A DNA stretch of 64,000 bases, taken from contig NIVC01000412.1 of assembly GCA_002269645.1 (NCBI GenBank), positions 930,001 through 994,000 on the forward strand, in the 5' to 3' direction. This stretch comes from Macrostomum lignano. Taxonomy: Eukaryota. Of the stretch, positions 39,151-51,555 are shown piece after piece (within the stretch, counting starts at the first letter, position 1; every line of letters begins with the position of its first letter). Under the pieces are notes generated by a model that was given only the letters and a program-made list of their open reading frames with translations, searched no databases and was not told the DNA's origin. A program made the position numbers and the translations under genes.

Positions 39151-39934
39151 GAATCTATACACCCGAGGCGCGAATTACCTGCCGCGGAATCGCATGCTGC
39201 ATTGTTTTGCCCTCAAAGCCCACACAACAGGGCCTAACCAGATTAGCGAGTGAGCCCCGCCTCTTATTTATTCAGTCGCAATGGATCTTTTTTATTAGTT
39301 TTTGTAAAAAAATCAAATTTCGTGCTGACTAATTGATTGCCGTGGGCTGGGAAAAAAACTGGGTTCAGAGAAATGTGAAAACAAAAAACTAAATCACAAA
39401 TATAGACCGCGTCTGAAAATTGAATTTCCGATTTGTACTTTTAATTTGATTGCATTGTAATGGTGCTTTTTTATTTTTACCGAATGGAACCCAATCAGTT
39501 GATTCCGAGCCTACTGAAAAAAGTTTTATTAGTACCCCAGTTGTCATTGGCCCAGTAATCCACGCGGTCCCCGTTCGGAGAGTCCAGGAAGTGGATGGTC
39601 GCTCCATATATAAATTCTCTGTCTTGGTGTCAGGACTGAAATACATGGATGATTGAAGCTGCAATTGCGATCTAGTGGTTGACGTAGGTACTTCTCCATA
39701 GTTGGAACAGAAAAGTCTACTTTTAGCCAGCCATGCACTTTTTCTAATCAATTCTATTAGGTACCCTGGTAGCTTCTGCATGAAAGATATTGACCTACCT
39801 CACTTGGGACGATTTTGAGGGTCAGCTGACCTCATTGACCTCCTCTGTATGCACAGGTCATAGATAATTCTATGACATTTATCTCGGGTCATAAATAAGC
39901 TATGGCATTGATGCACGGGTCATAGACAATCCCA

Positions 39935-40261
39935 CTAGCAATCTACGCCCCCCGTTGGGGAGCCAAAGAAATGCAATACACGTTTTTTAATAAGCTACAT
40001 GTAGCCTTGAAATCTTAAAAAATCTCCTGTCAAACCTTGCAAGCCTTGACATGTCAGTAATTCCCCCCCCACAAGCTTTAACATATCAACTCCCCCCTTG
40101 ACATCTCAGCAATGCCCCAATAAGCCTTGGAAATCTAAAAATATCTGTCAACCTTCTAACCCTAAACCTAGCCTAACCCTAACCCTAACCCTAACCCTAA
40201 CCCTAACCTAACCCTAAAGCATTGAAATTTCAGTAATAATTCTCTCTAAGAGTCATTATAG
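39935..40261 (-). mobile_element. Helitron-like 3' fragment carrying (TTAGGG)n, inverted relative to 13920-14208
   Basis: The reverse complement reads ggctccccaacggggggcgtagattgCTAGt and aligns with 13940-14208; the (CCCTAA)n tract at about 40156-40216 is longer than in the first copy. Confidence 0.72.
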
Positions 40262-41520
40262 CCATGACATTAATGCACGGGTCATAGACAATCCCATGAC
40301 ATTAATGCACGGGTCATAGACAATCCCATGACATTGATGCACGGGTCATAGATAATCCCATGACATTGATGCACGGGTCATAGATAATCCCATGACATTA
40401 ATGCACGGGTCATAGACAATCCCATGACATTGATGCACGGGTCATAGATAACCCCATGACATTGGTGCAAGGGTCATAGATAATCCCATGACATTGGTGC
40501 AAGTGTCATAGATAATCCCATGACATTGGTGCAAGGGTCATAGATAATCCCATGACATTGGTGGAAGTGTCATAGATAATCCCATGACATTAGTGCAAGG
40601 GTCATAGATAATCCCATGACATTGGTGCAAGTGTCATAGATAATCCCATGACATTGGTGAAAGGGTCATAGATAATCCCATGACATTGGTGCACGGTTCA
40701 TAGATAACCCCATGACATTGGTGCAAGTGTCATAGATAATCCCATGACATTGATGCACGGGTCATAGATAATCCCATGACATTGGTGCAAGGGTCATAGA
40801 TAATCCCATGACATTGGTGTACGGGTCATAGATAATCCCATGACATTGGTGCACGGGTCATAGATAATCCCATGACATTGGTGCAAGGGTCATAGACAAT
40901 CCCATGACATTGATGTACGGGTCATAGATAATCCCATGACATTGATGCACGGGTCATAGACAATCCCATGACATTGATGTACGGGTCATAGATAATCCCA
41001 TGACATTGGTGTACGGGTCATAGATAATCCCATGACATTGGTGCAAGGGTCATAGATAATCCCATGACATTGGTGTACGGGTCATAGATAATCCCATGAC
41101 ATTGGTGCACGGGTCATAGATAATCCCATGACATTGGTGCAAGGGTCATAGACAATCCCATGACATTGATGTACGGGTCATAGATAATCCCATGACATTG
41201 ATGCACGGGTCATAGACAATCCCATGACATTGATGTACGGGTCATAGATAATCCCATGACATTGGTGTACGGGTCATAGATAATCCCATGACATTGGTGT
41301 ACGGGTCATAGATAATCCCATGACATTGGTGCACGGGTCATAGATAATCCCATGACATTGGTGCAAGGGTCATAGATAATCCCATGACATTGGTGCACGG
41401 GCCATAGATAATCCCATGACATTGGTGCACGGGTCATAGATAATCCCATGACATTGGTGCACGGGTCATAGATAATACCATGACATTGGTGCACGGGTCA
41501 TAGATAATCCCATGACATTG
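40262..41520. repeat. 32-bp minisatellite (catagataatcccatgacattggtgcacgggt)
   Basis: About 39 copies, plus 2-3 degenerate copies at about 39855-39934 on the other side of the Helitron fragment. Confidence 0.97.
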
Positions 41521-41574
41521 AATGCTAAAAAATATTTTTACTGCACTTGGTACAACTTTTTTAATTCAAACCAG

Positions 41575-42012
41575 GTAAAGCACAGTTTTGCCGCCAAACG
41601 ACTGTGCCTTGTACCGGTCTCCGTGCATCTCAACAGCAACTGCGAAACTGATCTACTAGTAAGGCTGGATGCCAGAGAGATCCAGTCTTCTTCTAGCAGC
41701 TCGCAGCAACAGCAGCAACAACAGCAACAGCAGCAGCAACATCGCCAGTTGTCATCTGGCTACGCATGGGTCGGCTTTAGCGGCAAGACCCTCACCCTGC
41801 CAGCCGGTTGCAGCCGTCAGGTCAGTCTGTGCGCCGCTTTCTCCTCCCCCGGCGTGTACGACTTGCAGACGCTGACGCTGCGGTCAGCTCAGATCAGCTC
41901 GCCAGCTGGGTCTGGCGGCAGCGGCGGTGGTAGCGGAGATCCTGTGTTTGTGCGGCACGAGGCCGCCAACCTGGTTGCCGCTCGCTACCTGATCCAGGTG
42001 GTTGACTGCTGA
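41575..42012 (+). CDS. TRAPPC8: TRAPPC8 coding exon 12 (last; stop at 42010-42012)
   Basis: Reads VKHSFAAKRLCLVPVSVHL..YAWVG..AAFSSPGVYDL..YLIQVVDC*. The 12 exons sum to 4419 nt (1472 aa plus stop) with every phase consistent. Confidence 0.9.
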   Translation, partial: VKHSFAAKRLCLVPVSVHLNSNCETDLLVRLDAREIQSSSSSSQQQQQQQQQQQQHRQLSSGYAWVGFSGKTLTLPAGCSRQVSLCAAFSSPGVYDLQTLTLRSAQISSPAGSGGSGGGSGDPVFVRHEAANLVAARYLIQVVDC

Positions 42013-42094
42013 GCGAGTACAGGTCTTTTAAATTTTTTAAATTGACGTTTTGAGTGACTTTTTAATTGACCTGCTATTTTAAACATTTTAGATA

Positions 42095-42670
42095 TGATTT
42101 TGAATGGCATAGGGTGAAATTTTGAATGGCATAGGGTGAGATTTTGAATGGCATAAAGTGAGATTTTGAATGGCATAAGATGAGATTTTGAATGGCATGG
42201 GATAAGATTTTTAATGGCATGGGATGAGATTTTGAATGGCATGGGATAAGATTTTTAATGGCATGGGATGAGATTTTTAATGGCTTAGGGTGAGATTTCG
42301 AATGGCATAAAGTGAGATTTTGAATGGCATAAGATGAGATTTTGAATGGCATAAAGTGAGATTTTGAATGGCATAAAGTGAGATTTTGAATGGCATAGGG
42401 TGAGATTTTGAATGGCATGGGATAAGATTTTTAATGGCATTGGATGAGATTTTAATGGCTTAGGGTGAGATTTTGAATGGCATAGAATAAGATTTTGAAT
42501 GCATAGGATGATATTTTTATTGGCATGGGATGAGACTTTGAATGGCATAGAATGAGATTTCGAATTCATGGGATGAGATTTTGAATGACAGGATGATATT
42601 TTTTATGGCATGGGATGAGACTTTGAATGCATGGGATGAGATTTTGAATGGCATACGATGAGATTTTGAA
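42095..42670. repeat. 22-bp minisatellite (gagattttgaatggcatgggat), block 1
   Basis: Begins about 80 bp after the TRAPPC8 stop, upstream of the first clear AATAAA (42812), so it may lie in the 3' UTR. Confidence 0.93.
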
Positions 42671-43279
42671 TAAACGGATTTGAATGCAGCTAAATGATGA
42701 AATTTTGTATGTAATTTTTTCACTTTCAACAAATAAGGCTATTTATAGATATTTAAAACAATGGTAAGGATATTTGAATGGCTTAAATGGTATTATTATG
42801 GCAACGCTATGAATAAAAAGTCTGAGATTTTTTAAACGATTGAGAAGATCAGATTTTGAGTCAAAGCTATTCAGAACTGCAGCTTGTCCCAAATATTTAT
42901 TTGAAATGAAATTGCTTGCTTCCTTATTTACCTCTTATCGTTATAGAATTATTATGGTTACCGTACTACCGCATAATAATCAGCATTCACTGTTTAGTTG
43001 TTATATATGATTGAACAGCATTAATTGTTTTCAATTATTGACAGTTTAGTTTATGCTTAGGCAATGCTTTATTGTGAGTGTTAACTTCATTGATTGTTCA
43101 TTTTTCAATATAATTTTTACGATATATACTTCTAAGCCTGATATGTGCATTGAAATATGTCGAATGGATTATAAATTTTGAACTCGTTTTAATTAGTCAT
43201 TTAATGTGATTAATCAATTATTGGTTTTGTGAATTGTTATTTCTTTTATTTATGTAAGTATGGAATTTTTTTAAGCTGC

Positions 43280-45310
43280 GTAAAGGGTTTAGGATAGGGT
43301 GAGATTTTTAGAAGCTGCATCAAGGGTATGAGATCTACAGTGAGATTTCGGAGGCTCCATCAAGGGTGTGAGATCTAGGGTTAGATTTTGAAAGCTGCAT
43401 CAAGGGTATGAGATCTAGAGTAAGATTTCTGAAGCTGCATCTGGGGTATCAGATCTAGGGTGAGATTTGATTTCTGAAGCTGCATCTGGGGTATGAGATC
43501 TAGGGTGAGATTTCTGAAGCTGCATCTGGGGTATCAGATCTAGGGTGAGATTTGATTTCTGAAGCTGCATCTGGGGTATGAGATCTAGGGTGAGATTTCT
43601 GAAGCTGCATCTGGGGTATGAGGTCTAGGATGAGATTTCGGAAGCTGCATCTGGGGTATGAGATCTAGGGTGAGATTTCGGAAGCTGCATCTGGGGTATG
43701 AGATCTAGGGTGAGATTTCTGAAGCTGCATCTGGGGTATGAGATCTAGGGTGAGATTTCTGAAGCTGCATCTGGGTATCAGATCTAGGGTGAGATTTGAT
43801 TTCTGAAGCTGCATCTGGGGTATGAGATCTAGGGTGAGATTTCTGAAGCTGCATCTGGGGTATGAGATCTAGGGTGAGATTTGATTTCTGAAGCTGCATC
43901 TGGGGTATGAGATCTAGGGTGAGATTTCTGAAGCTGCATCTGGGGTATCAGATCTAGGATGAGAGTTCGGAAGCTGCATCTGGGGTATGAGGTCTAGGAT
44001 GAGATTTCTGAAGCTGCATCTGGGGTATGAGGTCTAGGATGAGATTTCGGAAGCTGCATCTGGGGTATGAGATCTAGGGTGAGATTTCGGAAGCTGCATC
44101 TGGGGTATGAGATCTAGAGTGAGATTTCTGAAGCTGCATCTGGGGTATGAGGTCTAGGATGAGATTTCGGAAGCTGCATCTGGGGTATGAGATCTAGGGT
44201 GAGATTTCTGAAGCTGCATCTGGGGTATGAGATCTAGGGTGAGATTTCGGAAGCTGCATCTGGGGTATGAGATCTAGGGTGAGATTTCTGAAGCTGCATC
44301 TGGGGTATGAGGTCTAGGATGAGATTTCGGAAGCTGCATCTGGGGTATGAGGTCTAGGATGAGATTTCTGAAGCTGCATCTGGGGTATCAGATCTAGGGT
44401 GAGATTTGATTTCTGAAGCTGCATCTGGGGTATGAGATCTAGGGTGAGATTTCTGAAGCTGCATCTGGGGTATGAGATCTAGGGTGAGATTTGATTTCTG
44501 AAGCTGCATCTGGGGTATGAGATCTAGGGTGAGATTTCTGAAGCTGCATCTGGGGTATCAGATCTAGGATGAGAGTTCGGAAGCTGCATCTGGGGTATGA
44601 GATCTAGGGTGAGATTTCTGAAGCTGCATCTGGGGTATCAGATCTAGGATGAGAGTTCGGAAGCTGCATCTGGGGTATGAGGTCTAGGATGAGATTTCTG
44701 AAGCTGCATCTGGGGTATGAGGTCTAGGATGAGATTTCGGAAGCTGCATCTGGGGTATGAGATCTAGGGTGAGATTTCTGAAGCTGCATCTGGGGTATGA
44801 GGCCTAGGATGAGATTTCGGAAGCTGCATCTGGGGTATGAGATCTAGGGTGAGATTTCGGAAGCTGCATCTGAGGTATGAGATCTAGAGTGAGATTTCTG
44901 AAGCTGCATCTGGGGTATGAGGTCTAGGATGAGATTTCGGAAGCTGCATCTGGGGTATGAGATCTAGGGTGAGATTTCTGAAGCTGCATCTGGGGTATCA
45001 GATCTAGGGTGAGATTTGATTTCTGAAGCTGCATCTGGGGTATGAGATCTAGGGTGAGATTTCTGAAGCTGCATCTGGGGTATGAGATCTAGGGTGAGAT
45101 TTGATTTCTGAAGCTGCATCTGGGGTATGAGATCTAGGGTGAGATTTCTGAAGCTGCATCTGGGGTATCAGATCTAGGATGAGAGTTCGGAAGCTGCATC
45201 TGGGGTATGAGGTCTAGGATGAGATTTCTGAAGCTGCATCTGGGGTATGAGGTCTAGGATGAGATTTCGGAAGCTGCATCTGGGGTGTGAGATCTAGGAT
45301 GAGATTTGAT
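43280..45310. repeat. 40-bp satellite (gagatttctgaagctgcatctggggtatgagatctagggt) with a 45-bp variant
   Basis: About 50 copies, with a higher-order repeat of roughly 600 bp. Confidence 0.97.
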
Positions 45311-45879
45311 GGTTTAGAAATATTTTTTCCAAAATGTCTAGTTAATTCTGTCAGCATATCATGATTCCAGAGAGTTAATTTAGCAGATTTAAAAAAGTCA
45401 ACATATTTTTTATCCGCATGAGCGGTTTGACAGTAAAGTCGCAGATGGTCAGTTTTAATTAGATTTCAGTTTAAAAAATCCTTAACCTTACGCAGTGTGG
45501 CTCCATTATTATGCTTGCGTGACCACTTTGAGCAGACTAATTCAACTCGGATTGAAATCAAAGCTTTTCATCCAACGTTCTTCTGTGTATCTTTTAATAT
45601 AAATTGAGAATAAATGTAATTTTTGTGAAACATTATGGAATATTTGATAGTCAAATTTATCATTTCTGATGCAGATAGGAAGTTGTCAGATTTTGTAGCA
45701 CAGATTTCCCAACATCTCACCTCATTGGGATTTCCCAATTTCAAATTAGAATTTCGTGCGAGGGGCGCCGTACACGATTTCTAAAGTGATTTTGCAATGC
45801 GTTCAATGGGGGTTTCCCATAGACGAATTTGTTTAGTATTTATCTAGAAAAAATACATTTAGGAAATATGGCGTCGGGT

Positions 45880-46790
45880 GAGACTTTGAATGACATGACA
45901 TGAGATTTTGAATGCATGGGATGAGATTTTGAATGGCAGGGGATGAGATTTTGAATGGCAGGGGATGAGATTTTGAATGGCATGGGATGAGATTTTGAAT
46001 GACAGGGGATGAGATTTTGAATGGCATGGGATGAGATTTTGAATGACAGGGGATGAGATTTTGAATGGCATGGGATGAGATTTTGATCGGGATTGGATGA
46101 GATTTTGAATGACAGGGGATGAGATTTTGAATGGCATGGGATGAGATTTTGAATGGCAGGGGATGAGATTTTGAATGGCAGGGGATGAGATTTTGAATGG
46201 CAGGGGATGAGATTTTGAATGGGATTGGATGAGATTTTGAATGGCAGGGGATGAGATTTTGAATGGGATTGGATGAGATTTTGAATGGCAGGGGATGAGA
46301 TTTTGAATGGCAGGGGATGAGATTTTGAATGGGATTGGATGAGATTTTGAATGGTATGGGATGAGATTTTGAATGGCAGGGGATGAGATTTTGAATGGCA
46401 GGGGATGAGATTTTGAATGGCATGGGATAAGATTTTGAATGGTATGAGATGAGATTTTGAATGGCATGGGATGAGATTTTGAATGGTATGGGATGAGATT
46501 TTGAATCGCATGGGATGAGATTTTGAATGGCATGGGATGAGATTTTGAATGGCATGGGATAAGATTTTGAATGGCATGGGATGAGATTTTGAATGGCATG
46601 GGATGAGATTTTGAATGGCAGGGGATGAGATTTTGAATGGCATGGGATAAGATTTTGAATGGTATGAGATGACATTTTGAATGGTATGAGATGACATTTT
46701 GAATGGCATGGGATGAGATTTTGAATGGTATGAGATGACATTTTGAATGGCAGGGGATGAGATTTTGAATGGCAGGGGATGAGATTTTTC
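45880..46790. repeat. 22-bp minisatellite, block 2 (same family and orientation as 42095-42670)
   Basis: Visible array ending about 110 bp before the SNX25-like ATG. Confidence 0.96.
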
Positions 46791-46900
46791 ATGGTACATG
46801 GTTCACAGTTTTCAAGCCTCAATTTTCAACGCCTGTAACAAATTGCGAATTGCAGCCGGCTGAGCAGTATATAATTGTCTAAACAGCTACATTGCGTCAC

Positions 46901-48037
46901 ATGCTTCTCACAATAGCCCTGTTCCTGCTGTGCTGCTCGCTCATCCTATTGATCCGCGCTGCCGCCTCCCTGGCCGATCGGCGGGGAGTCTGCAGCTTCG
47001 CAGTTGAAGAGCAGCAGCAGCAGCAGAAGCAACGGCCAGAAGAAGACCAGAAGGAAGCGGAAGATCCTGGAATCAAGCTGCTCGATCCGCAGGTTGCAGC
47101 GGCTGTGGCCGAACTGGCCGAGCTGGTCTTTCATCGGCAGCTGGCCGGTGAAGCGTGGTGTCCGGCCAGCCTGTCCAGACGTTTTCGTCGCCTTATTCAG
47201 CGGTTCCTGTTGGCCGCGGCCGTTCGGCTGGCTCGGGTCGACTGGCACCGCCTGTGCCATCGCCGACTGCTGCCGCTGGCCGCGGCGCACGCTCTCCAGC
47301 TTCGCCGATGCCAGCAGAGCCGACAGCAACTCGGACGGCCGGCTCGGCCAGCCGCCAAGCTGCCCGTGCCGGAGTTCCTTCGCAACGACGCCGACGAGCG
47401 TCGACTGCTGCAAGCCGTCGCCGGCCGCCTGCTGGACAGTCTGGACTCCGAGGCCGCCGCTCTCGGCCGCTGCCTGCCTGTGCGTGTGGCTTTGACTGAC
47501 TTGCTGGCCCGGTACGTCCTCCAGCCGGCCATGGACTCGGCCACCTGTCCGGAAGTCCTCGCCCGTCTCGTCTCCGGCCACTTGGCCGAGCGCAGTCGTC
47601 GGATTCGATACGAACGAATTGCGGCCGGCAGTTTTGAAGATTTCGTACGGCAAATTTTACAATGCGAATCGGCGCCAGCTCTGCGCCAATTGCGCGCCAG
47701 TGTGCGCGCCGAAATTTTGCACGCTAGCGCGCTGCGAACTCTGCAGCGTCAACAGCAGCAAGGCGCCCAGGCTGCTGTACAGTATTCATCTAAAGCTGGC
47801 CAGCTGATGAACCGCGATTTGCGACGCTACCTGAACCAGCTGGGCCAGTGCGAGGCGCTCTGCCAGCAGCGGCTGGCTGGCCTGCTGTCAGACAAGTCCG
47901 TCGGAGTCGGCGGCATTGGCGATGGTGGCGGAGGCGGCGGCTGTGACGACGGCTCAGGCGAGTCGTACAGTAGAGAATTTGACGATCTCGAAGACGTGGA
48001 AGCGGAGCGAGCGTCTTTGCAAGTTTACTCACTGCAG
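46901..48037 (+). CDS. SNX25: Sorting nexin-25-like exon 1 (TM segment and PXA domain)
   Basis: Hydrophobic N-terminus; PXA-like ..DERRLLQAVAGRLL..RCLPVRVALTDLLARYVLQP; SNX25-type SFEDFVRQILQC..LRQLR..RDLRRYLNQL..C. GTAGGG donor at 48038. An upstream exon cannot be excluded. Confidence 0.82.
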
Positions 48038-48108
48038 GTAGGGTGCGAAACCGAACTCTGTTCAATCGATTAACACTCACTTAACAACACTACACCTTTA
48101 ACTGCCAG

Positions 48109-49326
48109 GTAATCCTTGAGCACGAAGCCTTCCGAGCTGAATTTCGCAGATTCGTGTCGCAGCGACAACCTGACGAAGCCGTCCTGTTGGACTACTGGGC
48201 GGCTGCAAAACGACTATCGGAGCTCGCTGCTGCCGCTGACTGCAGCTCAGAACTGGCTCTGCGAAGATTATACGATGAGGCCTGGCAGCTGTACAAGCGC
48301 TACCTACATCGAGGCACTTCACAGTTAGTCTACATCGCTCCCGCAACCCAGAGTGCCGCTGTAAATTTTAACTTAGCTCGGGATTTTCTGCTTGGCCGTT
48401 CATTAAGCGTCGAGGGTTTTGAAGCGATTGCGCGAGATGTGGCCAACTGCGCCGAGCAGTTCTGGTACTGCACCTTCGTTATTAGTCCGCAGTTTGAGAA
48501 TTTCTGTAGGCGAGGCTTGACACCTGACAATGCTCTCGCTGACGGAGATAACTCTTCTTCTTTGGCATCTACTTATCTGTCGACGTCCGCATCATTAGGT
48601 ACAATATCCGCATCCGTAAAGTCGACATCCGCATCGTCAGGGATGACATCCGCATCCGTTAAGTCAACATCCGCATCGTCAGGGATGACATCCGCATCCG
48701 TTAAGTCAACATCCGCATCGTCAGGGATGACATCCGCATCCGTTAAGTCAACATCCGCATCGTCAGGGATGACATCCGCACCCGTTAAGTCAACATCCGC
48801 ATCTGTTAATTCAACATCCACATCTTCAGGGACAACATCCGCATCCGTTAAGTCAACATCCGCATCTTCAGGGATGGCATCCGCATCGTCAGAGATGACA
48901 TCTGCATCCTTTATGTCAACATCCGTATCATCAGGGATGGCGTCTTTAGCATCAGCTCCCGCAGAGACAAAATCCTCATTACCAGCAGCGTCATCTGCGG
49001 CATTGTCAAAACTTGCGACACTTCCGCCTGACGATCCGTGCAGCGATGCCCTCGCTGCTCTGGACGCGCGCATTCGCCGCAAACAAGTTCAGCTCGACGC
49101 GTTTCAACGACACAACGTTGACTGCGGCGACGACATTGATGCCGCCGTGTTTCCATCGGCCGCGTTCAGCGATCGTCTGGCCGCGGAGCTGTCCGGCTTG
49201 CATCTGGAGCGGAGGCGGCTGATCGCCTATGCTGAAATCGCCGATGCCTGGATGGAGCGTCTTGGTCGATGGCGAGTTCGGCTGTTGACCGACGCTCGCA
49301 GCGGCGCAAGTTCGGTGCTGTTTCAG
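48109..49326 (+). CDS. SNX25: SNX25-like exon 2 (RGS domain, Ser/Thr repeat, coiled coil)
   Basis: After a 71-nt intron, reads VILEHEAFRAEF..LLDYWAA..LYKRYL..FWYCTFVISPQF..; later DAWMERLGRWRVRL, like the SNX25 W..LG.W motif. Confidence 0.85.
48585..48930 (+). repeat. Coding 42-bp minisatellite (TSASSGMTSASVKS)n
   Basis: In-frame repeat inside SNX25-like exon 2, built from 21-bp subunits starting acatccgcatc. Confidence 0.93.
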
Positions 49327-49392
49327 GTTGGTACAAATGGCCGATTGTAAAGTTTGAAATCAACTTTTAAATTGTGCCGCGCGTTTGCACAG

Positions 49393-49853
49393 GTCTGCTG
49401 CCCGCCACAAGCCTCCGGTACCGAGTCAGTGCCAGCTGGGGACTGCATCGGCTGGCAGGTCAGCGTGTCGCTGGAGTCGGTTCGCCGGCTCAGCGTTGAG
49501 CTCAGCCAGCTGCTATCGTCGGCATCGGCAAGACGATCGTCGGCCGGAATCTCTCGAGCTCTGTCCCGCCCGGGGCCAGAATCGGCCGAGGCCTACTTGA
49601 ACGCGGCGCTCTCCGATCCGGTGGCCTGCGCTTGCGACTCGCTGCATCGACTGCTCACCGAGTCTGCCTATACTGCTCATCCCCGATCATCGCACGATCT
49701 GCCAAAGCCGCCGCCGTTGCCGCCTTTGCCTGTTTCGACAGCGGCGCCAGCCGACGGTCTTGGCCCGCTGTGCATCTCCCCGTCTCTGAAGTCCATCTCT
49801 GCTAGCCAGCAGCTGCAGCAGAAACAGTCTCAGGCCTCATCTTCAGCAGCCAG
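49393..49853 (+). CDS. SNX25: SNX25-like exon 3 (divergent PX domain)
   Basis: After a 66-nt intron, reads ..GWQVSVSLESVRRL..AEAYLNAALSDP..LHRLL; GTGCGA donor at 49854, phase 2. Confidence 0.75.
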
Positions 49854-50174
49854 GTGCGAAAAAGTTTTCATTTGGATGTTTGACGGCTCAGAAAGTCATT
49901 TCCGTTATTAAATTCATAGATTTATAAAAAGATTATCAGCTTTGCTAAGACAGATGGTTGGCTCGGTTTTTAGGAAATTAAACAGGCTATTTTTATGCTT
50001 GGTACTTATAGAACACCTGTTAGATATATTATGCCTCATTATAGTGACGTATTTTTTATGAGTTGTGCTAACTGCGTTCACCAGGGAAATTCAGGAGAGG
50101 CATACGGATTCACCTATCAAAATAGAATATATTTGCAATTACACCTCCTGCAACTCATCTATCTTAACACAATT

Positions 50175-51060
50175 ATCCGTTCACCAACCATCCGTTCACC
50201 AACCATCCGTTCACCAATCCTCCGTTCACTAATCCACTATTCACTAATCCTCAGTTCACCAATCCTCAGTTCATTAATCCCCAGTTCACTAATCCCCAGT
50301 TCACTAATCCCCAGTTCACCAATCCTCAGTTCACCAATCCTCAGTTCATTAATCCTCAGTTCATTAATCCCCAGTTCACCAATCCTCAGTTCACCAATCC
50401 TCAGTTCACCAATCCTCAGTTCACCAATCCTCAGTTCACCAATCCTCAGATCACTAATCCTCAGTTCACCAATCCTCAGTTCACCAATCCTCAGATCACT
50501 AATCCTCAGATCACTAATCCTCAGTTCACTAATCCTCAGATCACCAATCCTCAGATCACCAATCCTCAGATCACTAATCCTTAGATCACCAATCCTCAGA
50601 TCACCAATCCTCAGATCACTAATCCTCAGATCACCAATCCTCAGATCACCAATCCTCAGATCACCAATCCTCAGATCACCAATCCTCAGATCACTAATCC
50701 TCAGATCACCAATCCTCAGATCACTAATCCTTAGATCACTAATCCTCAGATCACCAATCCTCAGATCACCAATCCTCAGATCACTAATCCTCAGATCACT
50801 AATCCTCAGATCACTAATCCTCAGATCACCAATCCTCAGATCACCAATCCTCAGATCACTAATCCTCAGTTCACCAATCCTCAGTTCAACAATCCTCAGT
50901 TCACCAATCCTCAGATCACCAATCCTCAGATCACTAATCCTTAGATCACCAATCCTCAGTTCAACAATCCTCAGTTCACCAATCCTCAGATCACTAATCC
51001 TCAGATCACTAATCCTCAGATCACTAATCCTCAGATCACCAATCCTCAGATCACTAATCC
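50175..51060. repeat. 15-bp minisatellite (tcaccaatcctcaga)
   Basis: Fills the 3' part of SNX25-like intron 3, up to the acceptor. Confidence 0.96.
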
Positions 51061-51083
51061 TTCATCATTCGTCAATCCTCCAG

Positions 51084-51555
51084 GCAGCAGCCGCCGGAGC
51101 CGCTCGCCGACGCCGTCTTTCATCTGGCCGACGCCGTCTTCGACCTCGCTGGCTCGTCCAGCGCGCCCCGCCGCCTGCTGCACCTGTTCGCCATGCACGC
51201 CGGCGGCCAGACCACCGCAGAGCGCTGGTGCCGCGACCTCCTGGCGGCCTGGACGGGGCCGGAGGCTTCGCTGTCCTACTTGAGCGCGCTGCGGGACACC
51301 CTGTGGCCACCAGCGGAGGCAGCGGCCTCTCGTCATGACGACTTCGAGCAGCGGCGACAGGACGGCTCAGAATCGGCGCGGTGCCTGCAGCTGATGCAGG
51401 CCAGCCTCCCGGAGCCGGCGCTGCTGCTGCTGGGCGAGCGGAGCGCCAGGCAGGGGGTGGCCTTCCTGCACTGGATGTTCACCTGCAGCCAGGTGGCTAA
51501 TAAGGCCCTGCTGTACGGCTGGCTCTTGGCTCTCTTGGAGGAGGTCGCTCTATAG
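51084..51555 (+). CDS. SNX25: SNX25-like exon 4 (PXC/Nexin_C domain; stop at 51553-51555)
   Basis: Reads ..PLADAVFHLADAVFDL..YLSALRDTLWP..LPEPALLLLG..ANKALLY..; the four exons total 3288 nt, in frame. Confidence 0.82.

Noticed and set aside
48573-49082. Asp-rich - strand ORF (DADVDLTDADVIPD)n
   Set aside because: Antisense reading of the Ser/Thr coding repeat in SNX25-like exon 2.
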